Origin: Rhizodiscina lignyota
Taxonomy: Eukaryota
DNA length: 42,971 nucleotides
Assembly: GCA_010015805.1 (NCBI GenBank)
Contig: ML978144.1
Span: 186,001-228,971 of the forward strand
Reading direction: 5' to 3'
Under the pieces are notes generated by a model that worked only from the letters and a program-made list of their open reading frames with translations, searched no databases and was not told where the DNA came from. The position numbers and the translations under genes were made by a program. Of the stretch, positions 33,467-42,971 are shown piece after piece (within the stretch, counting starts at the first letter, position 1; each line of letters opens with the position of its first letter).

Positions 33467-35373
33467 TCACACCCGTTCAACGTGATCAGCGGGTGCCTTT
33501 GAATCCATTTCGACGTGGTATGCTCTGGCCTTGTCAGGGTCTTTGCCGACGACCTCAGCAGCGAGTCCTTCGACGCCGACACAAATGTAGCTCTTGAACT
33601 TTCGGGCCGGGACCTTTTCCTCAAACATCTCGTGGATCTCTTCCAAAGTACGATCGCGTGTCTCAGGAAGGAAAAACCAGGTGAAAATTGCAAGGACCAT
33701 ATTGCTCCCGAACCAGATATAGCCGTATTTCGCGCTCCAACCGAGACTGGCAGGGTTGATAAAGTATGGAGCCGTGAATGTGCCCAACCAATTCCCTAAG
33801 AAATTCATGGCGGTGGCAAGACCGAACACATAGGCACGGAATTGGTTGTTCGGGTATTCTCCACCGAGGAGCCAGGCGTACGGAGCTGTGTGTGAAATCG
33901 TAAGTGGCCATGTAACATTCTGGGGCTCAAAGACGTACCATAAGCAACGTAGGAGAAGGTAAAAAGCGTTATGAACGCCACAACAACTCTTCCCGCCACA
34001 TCAGTGTTTGGCGATACCGACCATGTAATGGCAGGAACGAGTTGACAGATCCCACAAGCAAGAACCCCCACCAGCATAATGTTACGCCGGTCAACATAGC
34101 GTACAAATGTGATACTGACCAGAACGCCGAGTAATCCGAAACAGGTGACCATGATTGAGTATCCAAAAGGATTCTTTACACCAGCTACCTGCAGGAAATA
34201 AGTGGTATAGATGTTGACCCATGATGATCCTATTAAAACTCATTAGTGCAAACGATTATAAATGCAAAATGGGTACGAACCGTTTGCAGCATGAAAACAG
34301 ATTACACAAACAGAGAGAATTGTCCTGCGGCGATTGGTTCCCCGCCACATGTCGATGAAGAGCGCCTTTTTGTTCTGCTCCAATTGCTCTCTCGTTGAAC
34401 CGCGAATCTCATTCAATTCTGCCTGCAACTCAAGCTCATTGATCTTGGAGTTTCTCAGCCTTCGAAGGGAATTCTCCGCCATCTCCTCCTTGCCCTGCAC
34501 CATGAGCCAACGAGGTGTCTCAGGGAAGAATATCATCAGGATTGACTGAATGGTAGGTGCCGCAAAGAATATTGCCAGTGGAATTTGATATGCCCGCCGA
34601 CTGTCGAGAGTGTGTGTGCCAAAGTCGACTGATGCGCCAACGACAGATCCAATGGAGAGCTGGGACTGATACACGGCGAAAACGATGCCACGTAGATGAG
34701 CAGGGGCGACTTCGTGGACGTAGAGCTGAGAGAAGGTCAAGAACCATCCTACCGAGATTCCTGTCTGATGTTAGAGACTTTTTGATATCCGTCAGAACAA
34801 ATACGTACCAAGGATAAGTCGTGCAGCATATAGAGCACCGATGCTCGTAGTGCCTAGCATAACTGCTGTCGCGACGGCATTCAGAATTGATGCCGTCCAC
34901 AGTCCGGCCTTGCGGCCAAACTTGCTGCTGAATGGCCCTACCAGCAATGAGGAGACGAATGTGCCAATGGTCATGAGGGAAGAGATGAGTTGCTGGACAG
35001 TTGGCTTGCAATATGGTTAGCGAGGAAGCAGATAAATAAGAGTCGAGTGGAGTACATCTATGTTCCATTTTTTCAGCTCCGGTGAGTAGTACCCATAAAC
35101 CTGGAGGAATCCAGGCATACTACGACTTGTCAGTGTGATCGTATATTTGAGATATGTGATTTCGCATACGATATAAACCCGCCGACAAGTGCATAATCAA
35201 GGCCTAATAATAATAATAATCAGCCTTGCTTGTGAAAACAGCAAGATATGTCAGGACTGTTGCATACCATATTGAAAGGTAGGTATGGTCGCAACGAAAC
35301 AAATGAGTAAACATTTGATGTGGCTGCGCACATCGAGCTTAAGGGGATTCGCAGAGATTGCGGCTCCAACCAT
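33467..35373 (-). CDS. Second MFS sugar porter, paralog of 26086-27894, ~529 aa; 7 exons
   Basis: Introns 35204-35267, 35120-35169, 35005-35055, 34761-34808, 34230-34280 and 33886-33938. Motifs: 'QQLISSLMT', 'KFGRK', 'PETPRWL', 'TFTAPYFINP', 'PETRDRTLEEIHEMF'. Confidence 0.92.
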
Positions 35374-37085
35374 GATCGAATTGTGCTTGGTCGATCTACA
35401 CGGCTAACAATGGGAACGGAAGTGTGCCGCTGACCGGCATGAGATGAAAGAGTGGAAATCCAAACATCTGGACAGGACAAAATATACTTTATGGTTCGCA
35501 AGCATCTTGACTTCCGGATGAGAACCAGGGGCTGTACATGCCAAGCTTGGGGTGCATAAAGTTCTGAGCTATGGGGACTGTGGAGGTGCGGAGGCGGGTC
35601 GGCAGTTAGTACACGAACCAAAATCACTGGCCGAGTGACAGCGATGAGGCTGCATCCGCGCAAGGTTGGCTGCTGTTAAGTTTTGTAACCTTAACAGGGT
35701 GAGGATGGATACAACCGGTACTGACGACTCAGCAACATCCTGTCTTGGACTCGGCGACGTGACGATCTTCGTACTGGATTCGGGGGGGTTAACTTACGCG
35801 CCTGGAGAGCGATATCATGGCTTACCATACTCTGAACTGTACGTGCGCTCGAAGTAGCGAGGCATATCTATGTATACTGAGGCAGCGTCAGGTGTCTCGT
35901 GTCCACTGCTTTATGAACTTTCCCTTTGACCCCTTTTAATTGAGTTATGTTATGTTGCTAAGTTCTCCGCTCCGACTCTCATTCCATTTTCTACATCCGT
36001 TGAATTTCCGACTTTTAGCCGTAGTCATCGAATTCATCCTAAGATTTGCCGAATTTCGTCATTTTTTTAGAGCTCGATAACTGGTCGCCCCCTTTATTAT
36101 TGTGCAGCCTTTGAATATAACGATGTTCAACAGCACCCAATCAACGGATTCTTGATCAGTGCCGAAACCAACCCTTCACAATGCAGAGTAGCATTTATCA
36201 AGCTGAGGATCCATATCGTTTACAACTCTCTATGAACCAAAGCTGGCCGCTTATGTCCTCATGCGTTCCTAAAGATCCAGGTATATCCAACTTATTTGAT
36301 CATTTCGCCGTACACTTCGCTGAAACCTTTCAAACGACCGTTATGTCAGAGCAAAGCAGTTATCGTGAACGCAGATTCGGTGTATGTCCGAGTATGACGA
36401 TGACCTCCGTATAAATCTCTTCCTCTCGGTGAAGAGATCTAGTAGGGAATTGCAGTGATACAATCTTGGATTCTGGGATTATTGTCATGTTCACGTTATA
36501 TTCTTAGTGAATGTGGCCGGATATGCTGATAATACGATTGGAATGAGGCAGCACCTCACATGTGGGAGCTGATGACTGCAGCATCCTGACGACAACAAGA
36601 TTCATTCAATGCATTAAATATCGATCTTACAAAGCAGAAAACAACACCGGCAATCGTAATGTCATTGCCGTTCCATTGGATACCTCAGCACTTCTCCAAT
36701 TCAAATGGAGATAAAGTACCTGCTCTCCTCGGGCAGTCAAACCTTAAGGGCCACGTGAATGCCCTCTGGCATTCAGTTCGAGCGAAGGGACTGAGTGGGT
36801 AATGGAGCTCTTTGCATACAAAGCGGAAAAATTAGCTAGATATTTGGACTTCTTTGGGAAGACAGGCATGGCACCTGGCAAGATGCAAAATCTGCACTCC
36901 GAGATAAGAGGTATCCGGACTGAACCTCTCTACCTTAGAGCATGAGCGGCACGAAGAGCAAGGACCATATTTGGAATGGTTCTAGAACGCGGCGCTCTGG
37001 ATTTGATGCACACACAGACGATGTGAGCGACAATCCCAACATCCTAGGCACCTTAGCGTGACAAATGTTGGCGTAAAGATGAACG

Positions 37086-37559
37086 CTACTCCCTACATGG
37101 CCCGTCTGTTCGGCACACTGGTTTTAGTTCCATGTCATGAAGGAGGTCAGCTGAAATGCCCTCGTAAGTCCGGACATTCCGGCCGGCTGTTTGCAGAGTT
37201 GCGAGACGCAATCGCACAGTCGGCCGCCCACTCTCTGACCGCTTCATCAAAATTGTTGTAGTATCGTGCAGTGCTTGATCGTACCAAGACTTGCAAGACC
37301 TATGCACATTGAGCTTGTCTTGTCCAGGAAGGAAATCGCTATTCTTCGTGTGTCCCACGAATTTTTTGTTCTCCTGGAGTCGTTTAGGATTCATGAAATC
37401 TGCGGATTTCGTGAACATAGCTTCATGTCGTCTCAAGGTGCCATGGAATTTCATTTCACACATGAATAACTTCCACAAGGCTGAATTCCTGTCTCCTGAA
37501 GGTAATGCTGTGGACATTAACCACACTAGCGTTTCATAATGACCAGCCAATTCTTTCAT
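37086..37559 (-). pseudogene. Hypothetical ORF or gene relic
   Basis: A 157-aa ATG-initiated ORF with a protein-like first half. After 'YDQAL' an adjacent frame reads RYYNNFDEAVREWAADC, which suggests a frameshift. No family recognised. Confidence 0.25.
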
Positions 37560-38769
37560 TTAGCGGTCGTCTTGCGTATACTGAGTTGTAGTGTTCTCTC
37601 TATGAACACACCTCATCTAGTCTATATTCATATTCCTACTATCTATTCCATTCATCATCACTTTCTCACCCTCCAGCCATTCACTGTACTGACTATATTT
37701 CCTTTATTAGGCATCTCTGCGAGTCCATCACAAGTTCTGCCGCAATGCTATCAACGAATCCAATGTTGGACGAAGGAGATATTCATTACAGATACTCAGG
37801 CATGGTTGTTGAATGGCAATGATGGCGGTGCTGGGAGCATTATTCTGAGAGGGAATACTCTGGATACGGCGAGTTGAGGAGGCGGCTTGGCGGATTTAGG
37901 CGAAGACTCGAAAGGGAACTGGCCGACAAAAAGCTTGGTCGACTTGAACTATGCTTGAATTTGGGACAATAGCCGTTAAGAATAGCGAAATTCAGCACCT
38001 CCGATATTGTCTGGTGCGCTCTCAGTCGGTTTTCTTTAACCTAGATTGCTTAATTGCATTCGCATGGCATTAGAGAGGTGTTACTCTCGTGAATTAGGGT
38101 CCTTGGGCAACGGTTAGCGGGCCTTGATCTGTTAAAAGTCTCGTAGTGAACTACCAATGTAGTGAATTCAACCCTTCTCGATATATCCGGATGCAAACTC
38201 GTAATATAGATGACTAGCGATGTAACATTGTGAATTTGGAGTGGCGCTTTATTAACATTCATTGCAACCTCTCCAGAAGCAATACAACGGCCTCTTGTCC
38301 TACAACTTGGCACTTCTTGTACTCACGGCCAAGGCTGCAAAATCATGAGAAAGCCCTGTTATAATCCAAATCAGTTCTACTCAAGCCTCAGCGTTGTAAC
38401 TTCCTAAGATGCGATTGGAGTTGCTCACCTTGGCAAGTGGCTGAATAAACCAATCGATCATCGTCTGTGACAGTGAAACAGCCAAGGCGAGAATTATAAA
38501 CACCATCACGTCGAATGGTAGCGAATAAGAGCTCAGAAGAACGACGCTTTTCAGCAGAACGTGAATGGCATTCACAGCTTTTCCTAATACCGGTACCAAT
38601 TTGCCCAAACTGCCCGATCCAAGTCCCGACAGCTTTTCTCCTGCCCAGCCCATTACCTGCCAGCGCCGACTACACATTACCGTCAAGGTTCATGTCTCGT
38701 TAATCTTGTTTCATCAGGCATAAAAAGAGTGATCCCTGACCATTACCGCTTCCCCAGTCTACTCCTCCC

Positions 38770-40711
38770 TTACAAGAACTGCAACGACGCCATACCAACA
38801 GTCTGGCCTTCAGGAACGGCCACGGGCTCAGGGTCAGCTGTGCGGCCCTTGATCTTAGGAACAGCCTTCGGAGAAGACCAGCCTTGAAGACGGTCTCTGC
38901 GCTCCATAGCGGACATGTCGTAGTGCTCGAAGGAGCCAGAGCGCTTCTCCTTAGCAGTCTTTGCATCCCAGAAGGCTTCAAGGACAGCCTCGACGTTTTC
39001 GACATCCTGGTACGCCTTCTTCGCTGTGAAGAACTCTACCTTGGCCTGGACAGCAGCCTGAGAGAAGTTACCAGTGCCAGCAAGGAAGTCAGCGTTGATG
39101 AAGTCGACAGCGCGATATTGGGGCTCAAGTGGGTCCACAAAGAGCTCAGTCTCATTGAGACCGAGGCCCTCGACTTGGGTGACGTTGAATTCTGCCAACA
39201 TCTCATGGTCCTCGTGGATGAGGTTATGGCAGTGGAACATGTATCGTCCCGGCCATGGTGAGTAGCGAGCGATGACCCTGACGGTCTCACCAGGGCCAAG
39301 CCAGACTACGTCTTGCATAGCAGCCGCCTCATATGGAAGGACACCACGGTTGGAATTGACACGGCTGATGACCTGGAAGTCGATGAGATGAATGTGGATG
39401 GGGTGGGACCACCCGCCACCGCCATTTTGGAGTTCCCAGATTTCAATGGAGCCACGCTGAGGGCGGGCGAGAAGGCGGGCGGCCAAGCCATCATTCCAGC
39501 CGATGCCGTTGATAAGCCACTCGCCGTCGTGGGTGAACTTGAACGTGCGGTCGGCAACTTCGGTCTGAGGCGGGAATGGGACATTGCGGAGTGGGTTCGG
39601 GATGGGACCGTTGTTGCTGGGATCCGTGACAGTGGTACCGACAACAAAGCGCAAGACGCGGTCAGTGCCATCGAAGTCAGAGTCAGCACCGACACCCTTC
39701 TGGTTGTGCATGGTGATGTTCTGGCCTGCGAAAGGAGCGAAGTCGATGACGGCCTCCCAACGCTCAGCAATAGAGATGGTAAGAACATCAGTTGAAATCG
39801 GCTTGGCAAGCAGTCCAGTATCAGCGCCAACAACGGTGAAGTTAACACCCTTGTTCTTTTGCTGATCAGCCTGCAGGAACAGCTTGTATGTACGGGAGAT
39901 ACCCATATCCAAAAAGCGGAAGCGATATTTCCTCGGTTCCACTGTGAAGAACGGCCATGGGATGCCGTTGACTTCGACCACATCGCCGAAGACGCTGGTG
40001 AGTTCATTGTTCGCCTCTGGGTCCCAGAGCGTGCCGTTCTTGTTGTATCTGCGGGCCATGATGCCAAGAGGAACATCATAGTTACCTTGGGGCAAGCCAG
40101 AGGCGAGCTCATCGGAGTCATGCAAGACGTAGAACCCCGCAAGGCCGAAGAACACGTTCTCCGCGGTGTGGTCAACAGCATGGTCGTGGTACCATAGAGT
40201 ACGGGCGTTCTGACGGTTAGGGTAGTAGTAGTCCTTGTACTGCCCGACCTCGGTGATGTCGTCGGCATAGCCATCGAACGGAGAACGGGAGAAAGAACCG
40301 TGCAAGTGCACAGAAGTAGCGCGATCCGCATGGTTGATGAAGCGAACGACGGCCTCACGACCCTGAGTCATGTGGAAAGTGGGACCTGTGGTTGTCAGCA
40401 CCGTGCAGATAAGGCTGAATGTGGTAAGACGTACCCGGCATGAGTCCATCATAGCCAAGCATGCGAGCAGGCTGAGTGACAACCCCTGGTGGATATTGCT
40501 GGCGGGTGAGAGGCTTCATCTCCACCTCGAAGTAATCGATCGGCTGACCAGTCTGAGGGCTAGTGAACGTGAACCTTGGTTGTTTGACCGGCGGCATCGG
40601 AAGTGGCTTCGAGAAGAAAGCATTATCCGGGAAGACAGGAGACTGCCATCCTGCCGAGACAACAGAAGCAAAGGTAGCTGCAGCTGCAGCGAGGCTAGTT
40701 GCCTTAACCAT
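38770..40711 (-). CDS. Secreted multicopper oxidase, bilirubin oxidase/CotA type, ~630 aa; exons 40711-40435 and 40385-38770
   Basis: Signal peptide MVKATSLAAAAATFASVVSA. Intron 40386-40434 (GTACGT, GCTGAC, CAG). Four copper motifs: HLHG, WYHDH, HPIHIHL and HCHNLIHEDHEM (Met axial ligand). Also 'YKDYYYPNRQNARTLW' and 'VEPRKYRFRFL'. Confidence 0.95.
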
Positions 40712-42971
40712 ACTGATCGACTTTCAGCGAGTGTAGCCGATGAGAACGATTGAGAAGAAAAGAGTGCAGATGAATGCTGATGGTGAGTCCAAGCTGGAGA
40801 CTGCGCGCATTATATGCTCGTTGGTCCTGACGCTATTTACAGAATTTGATATGCAAACAGGCCACAAGAGAAAGCCGAACGTATCCATCCCTCGGACAAC
40901 CGCGTTCTAGATGGGCGACGAGAGCCCAGATCCAGTCTTGTCACCGAAGAGAAATACAACAGTGGGTCGACCTACATGGTAGCTGGCAAGTCAGTCTGGA
41001 TGCAACGGTGCAGCATACGCTGGAGCATGCCAGATGTCTTGCATGGAGGTGGTAGTAGACTACATCGAGAGGAATGCTAGCTTCTGGAGGCGCTCACGAG
41101 AGCTGTCCAGGTGTGTGTGAGAGGCAGAATCGGGCTTTACCTACGAGCGCAATGGCGCCGCCGCACTTCGGTCAGGCTGAGCCTGTGACCATACGCTACC
41201 ATGTTCTGCTCTGGAAGGTGAAGCGGGCACAACATGCGAGGTACGAGTAATTGTGGAGGTAAGACCCGGTGCTGCCGGCAGGCACATAGGGCAGCTGGGA
41301 TGTGAAGTGCGCAAAGATTCTGATAGAAGCTTCCGAATGAGGTAAGAATTCATATGCCCTCAAATCAATCGAATATAACCGAACAAATGAATGCCAAGGT
41401 CGATGGTTCCGAATTCCTCTGGTTGGCTGAAGGAAATTTAGACGAAGGATTGCATATAGAAGTGAACTCACAGTGCAGTACAGAACGTGCTGCATGTCGA
41501 TGCTATTCTTACATCTGCCCTGATCCCAGCAGGGACCTGTACGTCTGGTCCCAAAGCACGCCTCGTAGTGAAGGGATGTCCTGATACTCTATTGCAAAGG
41601 TCCCAAACTAGCGAAATCGAATTAGGGCGAAGTGCAAGGCGCGGACCAGCATGCAATCGCGTCTGGGCGCAAGGCCAATAGGTGGATTAAGCAGCCTCAA
41701 GCATACGTTATCGAGCAGGTAGGAAAGCGTAGTCTCCGAGAACAACTTGCCAATTACAAGGTCCAATTCGAAGGCTGGCCGAGAACCCATGGGCCGGGTC
41801 AGACAGGTCAGACAGGCGCATATTCAGATCTCGGGACGCCTAGAAAGCTTGACGAGCACGCGAGTTCCAAATCATGAACCGATAACGAGTGACTCGGCCC
41901 ATCAAGAAGCAGTGGTCATATTGATGTGAAGAGCTGGGTCTGTCAAGCCTTGCAAAAGCTCGTGGCAATCGTCAGCCATGCCATGAAACGCTGAAAGTGT
42001 GCCACTGTCCCGCTCCAGAATGGCTCTTAGTGCAGATTCGACAGCTGAAGACGCAACAGTTGTAACGCAAACATCAGGGTTCAGAGAAAGTTCCATACTG
42101 AATGATAACATCAGATTTCAGGGTGAAGGCCATCCGTGAAGTCAACACGATGTCTGAGAATGAGGCTCGGCTCGACTTCTGTGAACAGGTCGGCTTGCGC
42201 CGGTCGTGTCGTCACCGGGCGCCAGCCATTGGCAGTGAATGGCCCGCATGCTCTGGAATGACAGGGTAGATGCCCTGCATCTGAAAGAGGACAGCCTGGC
42301 AAGGGGGGTAGAGGCACCTGCGTGATCTACTAGGTTGATTGTTTTCAATACAGGATGTTTGCATATTGCCTACCACGGCTCTATTAAGGGACCATTGGTT
42401 CACAGGGCCACGATGCACGCACAAATTTACCAATAATAGCTTTCTGGCCCGGAAGATCAGAAACCCATGTTAGTGCATGAGCTGGAGCGAAATCTGGAAA
42501 TCTGGAATGATGTGAGGTGCAGGGAAATTTCCACTAGCGCGAATCTTAACAGACGATTTGCCAAGAGAAGCAGCGGCGCGGAGATCATCCGCTCCTTGCC
42601 AAGATTATCCACGGTCTGTCCGCCATCTACCCGCAGCCGCAGTGTGAAGCATCCGTTCCGCATCGCATCCAGGCCTACGTTACTAGTTACTATTTCCTGT
42701 AGTAGCAAGCACTGGATTCTGCATTTGTATCGCGTAGGTTTTTCCCTCATCGCCGCCGCCACAGGGCGAGGCGCGAACCTCCGAAAATAGCGCTCCGAAA
42801 AACTCAACCTCTACCACCTCCACCACCTTCACCACCTCTATTCAACCTCAACGCATGCTATTAGGCAAACGACAACGCTCCCGAAGCCTATCAGCCGATA
42901 ACCAAACAGAACGACGTATCCCGATGCCCCCAGAACCTTCCTCCGCTACAGGACGCACCCGAAAGCAATCA

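Noticed and set aside
39306..40358. 350-aa alternative-frame ORF inside the multicopper oxidase
   Set aside because: By-product of strong C-ending codon bias, giving a Ser/Thr/Pro-rich shadow frame. The same applies to the many antisense ORFs inside other genes.
40760..42971. Short ORFs upstream of the oxidase and a CCACC-rich tract near 42810-42850
   Set aside because: No motifs or consistent splice structure. It is most simply a long promoter region plus the possible 5' flank of a gene outside the window.

Overview
This is intron-containing filamentous ascomycete (Pezizomycotina-type) genomic DNA. I could reconstruct 14 intact protein-coding genes by hand, with GT-AG introns that restore the reading frame where introns are present. 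(1) 1-8.2 kb is an accessory block: a Dal5-like MFS anion permease, an intronless non-heme chloroperoxidase-type alpha/beta hydrolase, a HET-domain protein and an FAD monooxygenase. (2) 8.3-12.0 kb is decayed, partly RIP-like DNA. It ends in a ~530-bp element with 39-bp terminal inverted repeats that encloses a tRNA-like T-arm/B-box and a perfect 20-bp palindrome. (3) Two housekeeping genes follow: MIPC synthase (SUR1/CSH1 type) and SAC3/GANP with an FG/NPF repeat block. Between them lie two ~110-bp-period tandem arrays on either side of a hairpin. (4) 21.4-35.4 kb is a compact 7-gene cluster with no core synthase: O-methyltransferase, P450, two paralogous sugar porters, FAD monooxygenase, SDR and a TauD-type dioxygenase. 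It has CreA-like sites and two PTS1-type C-termini, and is most likely catabolic or detoxifying. (5) A secreted bilirubin-oxidase-type multicopper oxidase lies at 38.8-40.7 kb. Family calls rest on motif recognition only; no database search was run.
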